This document shows, in pieces, positions 27,627 to 37,032 of a stretch of DNA of 52,232 nt. The notes beneath the pieces are model-generated. The model worked only from the letters and a program-made list of their open reading frames with translations. It made no database searches and was not told the DNA's origin. The stretch spans positions 1-52,232 of the forward strand of contig JAADIO010000039.1 in the NCBI GenBank assembly GCA_013151235.1, written 5' to 3'. The DNA is from Deltaproteobacteria bacterium. GTDB taxonomy: Bacteria > CG2-30-53-67. The position numbers were made by a program, and so were the translations under genes. Every line of letters begins with the position of its first letter. The first letter of the stretch is position 1.

Positions 27627-28511
27627 ATGACGGCACGGCGTGTGGCCATTATCGGTGCCGGGGTTGTGGGAACGGCCGTTGGTGCATTGCTTGCGGGGAA
27701 GGGATACCGGATCACGGGCATTGCCTCCCGGCGTCTTGCCTCGGCGGAGAAGGCGGTCCGTTATGTGGGGGCCGGGACGGCATCGGAAGACGTGGCCGGC
27801 ACGGCCGGGCAGGCGGAGGTGATCTTCATCACCACGCCGGATGGTGCGATTCGGTCGGTTTGTGAAAAGATTGTGAAAAACGGGGGGGTGACGAAAGAAA
27901 GTACGGTCATCCACTGTTGCGGCGCTCATTCGGCCGACCTCCTGGACCCGGCCCGAAGCTGCGGTGCTTCGGTCCTTTCGATCCACCCCCTCCAGACGAT
28001 GGCCGATATTGATCAGGCCGTGCGGAATCTTCCCGGGTCCTATTTTGCACTGGACGGGGATGAAAAGGCGCTCACGACGGGCAGAGCGCTGATCCGGGCA
28101 CTGGGGGGAACGGCGATGGTCATCCCCTCGGAAGGGAAGATGCTTTACCACGGAGCGGCTGTCGTTGCCTGTAACTATTTTGTCGCCCTGATTTTTCAGG
28201 CACTCCGAATGTTCGAGGCTATCGGGATTCCCAGGGAAGAAGGACTTCCGGCTCTGATGCCTCTCATCGGCGGGACGGTGAAGAATCTTGAGCGGGTTGG
28301 TATTCCGAAGGCGCTGACCGGTCCCATTGAGCGGGGCGATGTGGAGACGATCGAAGGGCATCTCGCCGCCTTTGATGCCTTGATGCCGGACGGCAGGAAG
28401 ATCTACTGCGAGCTGGGACGGATTGCGGTCGATGTGGCGGAGGCGAAAGGGAGTATCCGTCCAGAGACCCAAGAGAGGCTCCTGAAATTATTGAATGTGA
28501 AATCGGGTTAA
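27627..28511 (+). CDS. Rossmann-like/DUF2520 protein, PanG-type ketopantoate reductase
   Basis: IIGAGVVG, ITTPDGAI, HCCGA, SIHPLQT, YHGAAVVACN, LTGPIERGD; lies between panB and panC. Confidence 0.8.
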   Translation: MTARRVAIIGAGVVGTAVGALLAGKGYRITGIASRRLASAEKAVRYVGAGTASEDVAGTAGQAEVIFITTPDGAIRSVCEKIVKNGGVTKESTVIHCCGAHSADLLDPARSCGASVLSIHPLQTMADIDQAVRNLPGSYFALDGDEKALTTGRALIRALGGTAMVIPSEGKMLYHGAAVVACNYFVALIFQALRMFEAIGIPREEGLPALMPLIGGTVKNLERVGIPKALTGPIERGDVETIEGHLAAFDALMPDGRKIYCELGRIAVDVAEAKGSIRPETQERLLKLLNVKSG

Positions 28512-28560
28512 ACTGCTTGAACGGTTTCAACGGTTATCTTAAACGGAGGAGGTAGAGCGC

Positions 28561-29397
28561 ATGTTACTGATTGGAGAGCGTATCAATGTGATTACGAAGG
28601 TACAACGGGCGGCCATGGAGGCCCGGGACCCGAAGCCGATCCAGGAGATTGCAAGGGCACAGGTCGAAGCCGGCGCCAACATGCTTGATATCAATATCGG
28701 TCCCGCCGAGGATGACGGACCGGAGCTGATGGACTGGATCGTCAAGACCGTGCAGGAGGTGGTGCAGGTCCCTCTTTCCCTGGATACGACGAACCTCGAT
28801 GCCATCCGGGCGGGGCTCAAGGCGCACAACAATGAATGGGGCAAGCCGATGATCAACTCCACTTCCGGTGAAACGGTACGGCTCAACACCTTCATGCCCG
28901 TGGCGGCGGAGTTCCAGTGTGATATCATCGGGCTGTGTCTCTCCGGTTCGGGACTTCCGGCGGATGCCAACGAGCGGTGCGCCATTGCCGTGGATATTAT
29001 GGGGAAGGCCGCCGAAGTGGGGCTGCCCGTTGAGAATATCCACCTGGATCCGCTGGTGCTGATGCTCAACGGGAATCAGGAACAGGCCATGCACTGTATT
29101 AACGCCGTGGAGATGTTCCAGACTCTGAACGATCCGCCCATGAAAACCGTCGTCGGTCTTTCCAATATCGCCAATACGGCGCCCATGAAGATGAAGGGGA
29201 TCCTCACGGCCGTCTTCTATAAGATGCTTGTTGATGCGGGTCTCTCCGGGGCGATTATCGACACCCTCGAAAAAGATTTCATGGAGGTTGTTCGTACCGG
29301 CGATCCGACATCGGTGTATCCGGCGGAGGATGTGGAAAAGACCATGAAGGTGATGCGGGGAGAGATTATGTATGCCCACTCATTCTTAGAGGTTTGA
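28561..29397 (+). CDS. acsE: Methyl-THF:corrinoid Fe-S protein methyltransferase
   Basis: LIGERIN, LDINIG, LSLDT, MINST, HLDPLV, VGLSNI; pterin-binding TIM barrel upstream of acsD. Confidence 0.9.
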   Translation: MLLIGERINVITKVQRAAMEARDPKPIQEIARAQVEAGANMLDINIGPAEDDGPELMDWIVKTVQEVVQVPLSLDTTNLDAIRAGLKAHNNEWGKPMINSTSGETVRLNTFMPVAAEFQCDIIGLCLSGSGLPADANERCAIAVDIMGKAAEVGLPVENIHLDPLVLMLNGNQEQAMHCINAVEMFQTLNDPPMKTVVGLSNIANTAPMKMKGILTAVFYKMLVDAGLSGAIIDTLEKDFMEVVRTGDPTSVYPAEDVEKTMKVMRGEIMYAHSFLEV

Positions 29398-29401
29398 TTA
29401 T

Positions 29402-29628
29402 TGATGAAGTCGTATTCCGGATTTCGTTCATGGTTCGACAAGCTCACCACGAACGGTCTATTAAGCTTTCCGAGCATGTGGTTCGACAAGCTCACCACGA
29501 ACGGTCTATTAAGCTTGCCGAACCACATGCTCGGAAGCTTGTCGAACCACACGAACGGAATATCAATCACTTACACCGTTCGCCCTGAGCTTGTCGAAGG
29601 GCTTCGTGACTTTTTACGACACCATCAT
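29402..29628. repeat. Rearranged copy of the REP/MITE-like element
   Basis: Same ends and hairpins as 21065-21201, plus a 38-bp direct duplication (29431-29468 = 29479-29516) and an inverted copy. Confidence 0.85.
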
Positions 29629-29647
29629 TATTGAAGAGGAGAAAACA

Positions 29648-30595
29648 ATGGCTGTGGAACTTCTGAAGGAAAACTATTCCGGAAAGGTTCTTTCCGTGAC
29701 AATCGGAGTGGGGGATAAAGCGGTGACCGTGGGGGGAGCGACGGCGCTGCCCTTTCATGCGTTTGAAGGGGAAGTGGGACACCGGCCGCTGATTGCTTAC
29801 GAAGTCCTTGACGTCTTGCCGGAGGATCCGCCGGAGGCGCTCCAGGAGGAGTTAGGGGCGGTCTGGGATGATCCCGCGAAGTGGGCCAAATATTGTCAGG
29901 ATGAATTAGGAGCCCGGGCGGTAGCGCTCCGTCTGGTCAGCACCGACCCGGACGGCCAGGATGCCTCTCCGGAATCGGCCGCCGAAACGGTAAAAAAGGT
30001 CCTGGCTGCCATTGATATTCCGCTGATTATCCTCGGTTGTTTTAAGGAAGCCAAGGATGGCGCCGTACTCAAGGTGGTCGCCGATGCCGCCCGGGGGCAT
30101 AACTGTCTGATCGGGAAGGCCCAGGAAGAAAATTATAAGACCATTGCCGCCGCGGCCACGGCCAACGGCCATAAAATGATTGCCTTCTCCAATCTTGATT
30201 TCAACCTGGCCAAACAGATCAACATCCTTTTGAGCCAGGCAGATTTTGACATCAATAACGTGGTGACCGACCCGACGGCCAGCGCCCTCGGTTACGGTCT
30301 GGAATATACCTACTCCGTCATAGAGCGGATCCGTGCGGCCGGGTTGGTACAGAATGATGCCATGATGCAGCCCCCCATGTTTTTAGATCTCTCTTCGGTG
30401 GTCTGGAAGGTGAAGGAGGTCAAGGCGTCGGAAGAGGATCTGCCGGAATGGGGAGATCGAACGGAACGGGCCGTGCATTGGGAAGCCGCAACCGCGACGA
30501 GCCTGCTCATGGCCGGAGCGGAAATTCTGGTAATGAGTTCTCCCCGTGCGATCCGGACGGTAGAGAAGACCCTTGATGAATTGATGCCCGCATAA
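29648..30595 (+). CDS. acsD: Corrinoid Fe-S protein small subunit
   Basis: VGGATALPFHAFEG, DPAKWAK, STDP, DFNLAKQIN, ALGYGLEYTYSVIERIR. Confidence 0.95.
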   Translation: MAVELLKENYSGKVLSVTIGVGDKAVTVGGATALPFHAFEGEVGHRPLIAYEVLDVLPEDPPEALQEELGAVWDDPAKWAKYCQDELGARAVALRLVSTDPDGQDASPESAAETVKKVLAAIDIPLIILGCFKEAKDGAVLKVVADAARGHNCLIGKAQEENYKTIAAAATANGHKMIAFSNLDFNLAKQINILLSQADFDINNVVTDPTASALGYGLEYTYSVIERIRAAGLVQNDAMMQPPMFLDLSSVVWKVKEVKASEEDLPEWGDRTERAVHWEAATATSLLMAGAEILVMSSPRAIRTVEKTLDELMPA

Positions 30596-30642
30596 TTTAT
30601 ATGTTGAACCCACCCCTTTTTCGATAAAGGAGAAAAGAGAAA

Positions 30643-31983
30643 ATGGCACTTACCGGAATTGAAATCTTCAAGCATCTTCCGAAGACAAACTGTAAGGACT
30701 GCGGGTTTCCGACCTGTCTGGCTTTTGCCATGAAGTTGGCGGCCAAGCAGGCCTCCCTGGAAGATTGTCCCCATGCCTCGGATGAGGCGAAAGAATTTTT
30801 GGGGGCCGCTTCGGCCCCGCCGGTCCGCAAGGTGGTCATCGGCGCCGGAGATGCCGCCTGGACGCTGGGGGAGGAGACGGTCCTCTTCCGTCATGAAAAG
30901 AAGTTCGTGAACCCTTCCGCCTATGCCGTTCAGGTCGCCGATAATGATCCCGAACTTGCCGCCGGGGTGGAAGCGATCGCCGCCTTCAAGGTGGACCGTG
31001 TCGGGGAGGATTACGGGGTCAATCTGATTGCATTGCAGGATGCCTCCGGTGATGCCGGGACCTTTTCCGCAGCGGTGAAAACGGTGGTCGAGAAGGCGCC
31101 GAAGCTCGGTATTGTCCTGATGACGCAAAAGCCCGCTCTTGTGGAAGCGGGGCTTTCCGCCTGTGAAGGAAAGAACCCTCTCGTCAATGGCGCCGATGCC
31201 GAAAATATCGATGCGCTCCTGCCGATAGTCAAGGGGAAGGCCTCACTCGTCGTAAGCGCCGCCGACCTGGATACGTTATCCGACCTGGTGGAGAAGGCGA
31301 AGGCCGCAGGTGTGGAGGATCTGATCCTCGATCCGGCGCCGGAGAATGCGCGGGAGGCGCTGGAACGGTTGACCCGGATCCGCCGTCTTGCGATCAAGAA
31401 GAACTACAAGCCGTTCGGCTATCCCCTCTGGATGTCCGCCGTGCATGAGGATCCTCAGGTCGAGGGGACCCTGGCAACGATCGGTACGATGAAATATGCC
31501 TCGGTGATCCTTCTTTCGCAACTTCGCATCTGGGAGATGCTGGGGCTCCTGACGGGGCGTCTCAACATTTACACCGACCCCCAGAAGCCGATGCAGGTGG
31601 AACAGAAGGTCTATGAAATCGGAAATGTGAACGGGGATTCGCCGTTGATTGTGACGACGAATTTTGCACTGACCTATTTCATTGTCGCAGGCGAGATCGA
31701 AAACAGTAAGGTGGCAACCCGCCTTGCCGTACAGGATGTAGAAGGGCTTTCGGTCCTGACGGCGTGGGCGGCCGGAAAGTTTACGGCCGGCAAGATTGCT
31801 GAATTCATCAAGGAATCCGATGTGGCGTCGAACCTGACCCGCAAAGAGGTGATTCTGCCGGGGTATGTCTCGGTTCTCTCCGGGGCGCTGGAAGAGAAAT
31901 TAGGCGGCGGCTGGAAGGTCGTCGTGGGGCCCCGGGAAGCCAACCAGCTTCCGCAGTTCCTGAAGAGTTGCGCACAGGGATAA
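30643..31983 (+). CDS. acsC: Corrinoid Fe-S protein large subunit
   Basis: LPKTNCKDCGFPTCLAFA...CP, IYTDPQKP, TTNFALTYF, SVLTAWAAGKF, VGPREA. Confidence 0.96.
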   Translation: MALTGIEIFKHLPKTNCKDCGFPTCLAFAMKLAAKQASLEDCPHASDEAKEFLGAASAPPVRKVVIGAGDAAWTLGEETVLFRHEKKFVNPSAYAVQVADNDPELAAGVEAIAAFKVDRVGEDYGVNLIALQDASGDAGTFSAAVKTVVEKAPKLGIVLMTQKPALVEAGLSACEGKNPLVNGADAENIDALLPIVKGKASLVVSAADLDTLSDLVEKAKAAGVEDLILDPAPENAREALERLTRIRRLAIKKNYKPFGYPLWMSAVHEDPQVEGTLATIGTMKYASVILLSQLRIWEMLGLLTGRLNIYTDPQKPMQVEQKVYEIGNVNGDSPLIVTTNFALTYFIVAGEIENSKVATRLAVQDVEGLSVLTAWAAGKFTAGKIAEFIKESDVASNLTRKEVILPGYVSVLSGALEEKLGGGWKVVVGPREANQLPQFLKSCAQG

Positions 31984-32150
31984 AACCTTCCGGTCCGATT
32001 GCGCGAACGGAAGTCTCTTCGGTATGATGATCAAAGATTCCTGCGGCGGTCAATGGGGCCGGTCGCAGAAGGAGTGTGCCGTACCCTGATGATGGATGGG
32101 GTGCAATACTCCGTTTGGGTTTGAAAACAGGAAATCAGGAGGTTTTTGTT

Positions 32151-34352
32151 ATGTCCAAGGAAATTGCCTCGGCGGCCATTCGGGCCTCTCACGAGATTAT
32201 TGAACGGGTAGACAAGATGCTGACGGAGGTTGCTGCGGAAAAGGGCGACGATTTTGCCTTTGAGTTTATCGACACCGGTTACTTCCTTCCACATCTCTAT
32301 GCCATGACCGGTTTTGCCGTCAAGACCATCGGCGATATGCGGACGGCCTTTGAAGAGTACGTTCGTCCTCTTCTGACGCCGGTACCCGACGAGCAGGTTT
32401 ACAAACCCTATCTGGGTGAGGCGCTGGATGCCGGCATGGCGACCCTTTTTGCACAGGAGATCCTGATGGCTCTCCGGTATATCCGGGGACTGGAACCGGT
32501 GACCGATCCCGAAATAGACCTGACGTATAACGGTTTCATTACCGATTCGATCCTCCGGGACCTCGGGTTCCAGCTTGTGGACGGTTCGATGCCGGGCTAC
32601 GTGGTGATCCTCGGCGCCGCCGAGAGTGACGAGCGGGCGGAACAGATCGTACGGGATCTGCAACAGAAGAATATCCTCATTTTCCTGGCGGGAAATGTGA
32701 AGGGGGAGAGCGTGACGAAGCAGCTCCACCGCCGCGGGGTGGAGATGGGGTGGCCGACGCGAATTGTGCCGCTCGGCCCCGACACGGAGCATGCCATTTA
32801 TGCTTTGCACTGGGCGGCCCGTGCCGGGCTGACCTTCGGGGGGTTGAAGCCGGGCGATTATCAGTTGAATTTGAAATATTCCCTCAACCGGGTCTTTGCT
32901 TTTGCGATTGTGTTAGGGGAACTGGACGACATGAAATGGGCCACCGGCGCCGGCGCCATCAATCAGGGCTTTCCGGCGGTCTGTGATACCGACGTTCCCG
33001 AGATCCGGCCCCGCGGTGTCTGTACCTATGAGCATGTGGTGCGGGAACTCGATCAGGACAAGATTGTCCAGACGGCGATTGAAACCCGGGGGCTCAAGAT
33101 CATTGTACAAAAACCGCCGATTACCGTGGCCTATGGTCCGGCCTTTGAAGGGGAGCGGATCCGGAAGGAAGATACCTATCTGGAATTCGGCGGCAACAAG
33201 TCGCCTGCCTTCGAACTGGTGCGGATGAAAGAGCTGGATGAGATTGAAGACGGGAAGGTCGAAGTCATCGGGACGGAGAATGTTGAGAAGTACGAGGCGG
33301 GCGGAGTCCTTCCTCTCGGTGTCGTGATTGAGGTTGCCGGCCGGAAGATGCAGAAGGATTTTGAGCCGGTCCTGGAGCGGAAGACCCACGATTTCGTCAA
33401 CATGGCCCAGGGGGTTTGGCACATGGGACAGCGGGACATCTGCTGGGCCCGGATCAGCAAGGACGCCTTCAACGAGGGGTTCCGGATCGAGCATTTCGGT
33501 GAGATCCATGTGGCGATGATGAAATCGAAGTTCCCGGCCATTACCGATAAGGTCCAGGTGAAGATTTATACCGATGAAGCGGATGTCCTGCGGATCCGGG
33601 AGGAGGCTCGGAAGGTCTATCACGAACGGGATATCCGGGTGGCCAATATGACCGACGAATCGGTGGATACCTACTATTCCTGTCTCCTCTGCCAGTCTTT
33701 TGCCCCGAACCATGTCTGCGTGGTCTCTCCCGAACGTCTCGGTCTCTGCGGCGCCGTAAACTGGATGGACGCCAAGGCGGCTTTCGAGATCAATCCGACG
33801 GGCGGGAACCAGCCGGTGAAAAAGGGAGAAACGACCGATGCAGTCAAGGGCCGCTGGAAAGGGGTGGATGAGTATGTGCAGAAGGAATCTCACGGCGCCC
33901 TGGACGGATTCTCCGCCTATTCCCTGATGGATGCGCCCATGACCTCCTGCGGATGTTTCGAGGCGATCGTGGCGCTGGTTCCGGAGGCCAACGGGATCAT
34001 GGTGGTTGACCGGGGCTACACTGGGATGACCCCCGTCGGGATGAAGTTCTCGACCCTTGCGGGGACCGTGGGCGGCGGGACTCAGACCCCGGGGTTCGTG
34101 GGGATCGGGAAATATTTTCTGACGAGCAAGAAGTTCCTGACGGCCGACGGCGGGTTTAAGCGAATCGTCTGGTTGACGACGAGCATCAAGAACCAGTTGG
34201 GTGAGGCCTTAAAGCAGCGGGCCGAGGAGATCGGTGACCCGGATTTTCTGGACAAAGTCGCGGATGAGACCGTGGCGACGGATGCCGAGCAGTTAGTCGA
34301 ATTCTTAAGCGAAAAAGAGCATCCGGCGTTAACCATGGATTCTATTTTTTAA
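32151..34352 (+). CDS. acsB: Acetyl-CoA synthase (bacterial type)
   Basis: A-cluster ligands CLLCQSFAPNHVC...LGLCGAV and MTSCGCFE; GPAFEGERIR; RBS aggagg before ATG 32151. Confidence 0.96.
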   Translation: MSKEIASAAIRASHEIIERVDKMLTEVAAEKGDDFAFEFIDTGYFLPHLYAMTGFAVKTIGDMRTAFEEYVRPLLTPVPDEQVYKPYLGEALDAGMATLFAQEILMALRYIRGLEPVTDPEIDLTYNGFITDSILRDLGFQLVDGSMPGYVVILGAAESDERAEQIVRDLQQKNILIFLAGNVKGESVTKQLHRRGVEMGWPTRIVPLGPDTEHAIYALHWAARAGLTFGGLKPGDYQLNLKYSLNRVFAFAIVLGELDDMKWATGAGAINQGFPAVCDTDVPEIRPRGVCTYEHVVRELDQDKIVQTAIETRGLKIIVQKPPITVAYGPAFEGERIRKEDTYLEFGGNKSPAFELVRMKELDEIEDGKVEVIGTENVEKYEAGGVLPLGVVIEVAGRKMQKDFEPVLERKTHDFVNMAQGVWHMGQRDICWARISKDAFNEGFRIEHFGEIHVAMMKSKFPAITDKVQVKIYTDEADVLRIREEARKVYHERDIRVANMTDESVDTYYSCLLCQSFAPNHVCVVSPERLGLCGAVNWMDAKAAFEINPTGGNQPVKKGETTDAVKGRWKGVDEYVQKESHGALDGFSAYSLMDAPMTSCGCFEAIVALVPEANGIMVVDRGYTGMTPVGMKFSTLAGTVGGGTQTPGFVGIGKYFLTSKKFLTADGGFKRIVWLTTSIKNQLGEALKQRAEEIGDPDFLDKVADETVATDAEQLVEFLSEKEHPALTMDSIF

Positions 34353-34427
34353 GAGGTGTTTGAAAAACATCACATGGATCATTGTCCCTTTTGCAGAAAA
34401 CGCTGAGGAGGGAATAAGGAGTTTCCG

Positions 34428-36425
34428 ATGAATAAAGATGCAGCGAAACCTGAACTGATTAACCGTACCATAGATGAAACAGCGAAGGAACTTTTGAAGG
34501 TCGCGGAGAAGGAAGGAATTTCCACCGCCTTCCAGCGGGCCGAGGAGGTGAAGCCCTGCCCGATCGGGCGGGACGGTATGTGCTGCAAGCACTGCTTCAT
34601 GGGACCCTGCCGGATCACCAAGAAGACCCCCCGGGGGGTCTGCGGGGCCGATGTGGGTACAATCGCCGCCCGGAACTTCGGACGGATGGTCGCCGCCGGC
34701 GCCTCCGCCCATGCCGATCATGGACGGGACATGGCCTTCCTGCTCCTGGCCGCCGCCCGGGGAGAAACCGAGGGGATTACGATCAAGGATGTAAAAAAGC
34801 TTCATGCCGTGGCCGGGCATCTCGGGATCGAGACGGAGGGAAAAGAAAAAGAAAAAATCGGCGAAGAGGTCGCCCTGAAGTTCATCGAGGACTTTGGACG
34901 TCAGAAGGGACAGCCTTATTACATCTCCCGTGCCCCGAAAAAACGGCAGGAACTCTGGGCCGAGAAGGGATTGACTCCGCGGGGGCTGGATCGGGAAATC
35001 GTGGAGATGATGCACCGGACGCACATGGGGGTCGACCAGGACCCGAAGAGTCTTCTCCATCACTCCATGCGAACCTCTCTCACCGACGGTTGGGGGGGGG
35101 CCATGATTGCGACGGACATTTCCGATATCCTCTATGGAACACCGCGGGCGATCAAGGCGAAGGCGAGTGTGGGATTGCTGAAGGAAGACGAGGTAAACAT
35201 TGTGGTCCATGGGCACGAGCCGTCTTTATCGGAGATGATGGTGGTCGCCTCCCAGGAACCGGAGATCCTGGAGTATGCCAAGTCGAAGGGAGCCAGCGGG
35301 ATCAACCTTGCCGGGATCTGCTGTACCGCGAATGAGGTTCTCATGCGACAGGGGATCGGATCGGCGGGGAACTTTCTCAACCAGGAACTGACGATTCTGA
35401 CCGGCGCCGTGGATGCCATGGTCGTCGATGTTCAGTGTATCATGGAGTCGCTGGCCGACGTGGCCGGACACTATCACACCAAACTGATCACGAGTTCGCC
35501 CAAGGCCCATATCCCCGGAGCGATCCACATTGAGTTTGAAGAAGAACATGCCATGTCGGTGGCCCGCAAGGTACTGAGAACTGCGATCGATAACTTCCCG
35601 AACCGGAAAAAAGGGACTATTACCCTGCCCGATTATGTGAGCGAACTGGTCGGTGGATTTTCCCATGAATACATCAAGTATATGCAGGGGGGAACCTACC
35701 GGGGATCCTTCCGGCCCCTCAACGATGCCATCATGGACGGGAGGATCCAGGGGGTCGTCGGGATCGTCGGCTGCAACAATCCCCGGAATGTCCAGGACTC
35801 TGAAATCGTGAATCTCACCCGCGAGTTTATCAGCCGGGATATCCTCGTGGTGGCCACCGGTTGCGGCGGGATCGCCTGCGGAAAGCAGGGGCTGCTTGCG
35901 CCGGAGACGATGGAAGCGGCCGGTCCGGGGTTGAAACAGGTCTGTGAAGCCATCGGGATCTCCCCGGTCCTTCATGTCGGTTCCTGCGTCGACAACTCCC
36001 GGATTCTGACGATTGCCGCCGACATGGTTGCCGAAGGGGGCCTGGGGGATGATATCAGCGAGTTGCCTGTCGTGGGGCTCTGTCCGGAATGGATGTCGGA
36101 GAAGGCCCTGGCGATCGGAACTTATTTTGTCGCTTCCGGGGTCTACACGATCTTCGGGGTCGGATCGCCCGTGGCCGGCAGTGAAGAGGTAACCCGCCTC
36201 ATTTCCGAAGGATGGGAGCAGGAAGTCGGCGGGAAACTTGAATTTGTCGTTGATCGTGCAGAAGTCATTCAACGGACCGTGGATCATCTGGTTCAGAAAC
36301 GGAAAGTCCTGGGGATTACGGAATACGCTCCCGGGAAATTCGGTGCGGAAAAGGTCCTCATGGATATGGCGGACCGGCGGAAGCTGGAAGATGAACAGAA
36401 GGCCAAGGCCGAGGCGAAGGGATGA
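34428..36425 (+). CDS. cooS: Anaerobic Ni,Fe carbon-monoxide dehydrogenase catalytic subunit (AcsA/CooS)
   Basis: CPIGRDGMCCKHCFMGPC...VCG (D/B clusters); C-cluster ligands HGHEP, ICCT, DVQC, GCNN, TGCG, GSCVD; MSEKA. Confidence 0.96.
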   Translation: MNKDAAKPELINRTIDETAKELLKVAEKEGISTAFQRAEEVKPCPIGRDGMCCKHCFMGPCRITKKTPRGVCGADVGTIAARNFGRMVAAGASAHADHGRDMAFLLLAAARGETEGITIKDVKKLHAVAGHLGIETEGKEKEKIGEEVALKFIEDFGRQKGQPYYISRAPKKRQELWAEKGLTPRGLDREIVEMMHRTHMGVDQDPKSLLHHSMRTSLTDGWGGAMIATDISDILYGTPRAIKAKASVGLLKEDEVNIVVHGHEPSLSEMMVVASQEPEILEYAKSKGASGINLAGICCTANEVLMRQGIGSAGNFLNQELTILTGAVDAMVVDVQCIMESLADVAGHYHTKLITSSPKAHIPGAIHIEFEEEHAMSVARKVLRTAIDNFPNRKKGTITLPDYVSELVGGFSHEYIKYMQGGTYRGSFRPLNDAIMDGRIQGVVGIVGCNNPRNVQDSEIVNLTREFISRDILVVATGCGGIACGKQGLLAPETMEAAGPGLKQVCEAIGISPVLHVGSCVDNSRILTIAADMVAEGGLGDDISELPVVGLCPEWMSEKALAIGTYFVASGVYTIFGVGSPVAGSEEVTRLISEGWEQEVGGKLEFVVDRAEVIQRTVDHLVQKRKVLGITEYAPGKFGAEKVLMDMADRRKLEDEQKAKAEAKG

Positions 36426-36976
36426 AAAAGGAACAGACAACGAAACGATCCGTACAGGGCGGCAATGGGAAGACCCGGAAGAAGGTGGCGAAAAAACGGA
36501 AGCGTAAGGCACCGGAGGCAGCGGACCTGACGATTGTCGACGAAATCATCGGCCGCCATCAGGGAGCGGAGGGGGCATTGATTCCCGTTCTGCAGGAAGT
36601 TCAGGGGCATTACGGATACATTCCGGAAGGTGCTGTGCCCCGGATCGCCGAGGGATTGAAGGTTTATCCGAGCAGCATCTACGGGGTGATGACCTTCTAT
36701 TCGCAGTTTAACCTGAAGCCGATGGGAAAAAATATCATCCGTGTCTGCTGTGGTACGGCCTGTCATGTCAAGGGAGCGGAACGGGTGAGCAGTAAATTCA
36801 AGGAAATCCTCAAGGTCCCCATGGGGGAGACCACGGAAGACCGGAATTTTACCCTGGAACAGGTGGCCTGTATCGGCGCCTGTTCTCTGGCGCCGGCCGT
36901 GATGGTCAACGATGAGGTTCATGGCAAGGTCACACCGGATGAAGCGGTGAAGATCCTGGATCAATATAAATCATAA
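36422..36976 (+). CDS. NuoE/HydC-like [2Fe-2S] subunit (HylC)
   Basis: VCCGTACHVKG and VACIGACSLAP; ATGA overlap with the cooS stop. Confidence 0.92.
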   Translation: MKKEQTTKRSVQGGNGKTRKKVAKKRKRKAPEAADLTIVDEIIGRHQGAEGALIPVLQEVQGHYGYIPEGAVPRIAEGLKVYPSSIYGVMTFYSQFNLKPMGKNIIRVCCGTACHVKGAERVSSKFKEILKVPMGETTEDRNFTLEQVACIGACSLAPAVMVNDEVHGKVTPDEAVKILDQYKS

Positions 36977-37032
36977 AGAACCGTTTAAACAGTTCAGGCG
37001 GCTTAAACGACTTGCACTCTTAAGGTTATCGC

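Noticed and set aside
26703-28472. Long minus-strand ORFs, also 39323-41545, 42210-43763 and 35226-36512
   Set aside because: Antisense shadows of well-supported GC-rich genes, with no recognisable motifs.
28561-29397. Dihydropteroate synthase (folP)
   Set aside because: Same fold, but the motifs and position before acsDC indicate AcsE.
29431-29516. Two 38-bp direct repeats resembling a mini-CRISPR array
   Set aside because: Only two units with a 10-nt gap, no cas genes, and the unit is part of the dispersed REP-like element.
29591-29647. N-terminal extension of AcsD in the ORF track
   Set aside because: It lies in the repeat element; the real start is ATG 29648 after RBS gaggag.
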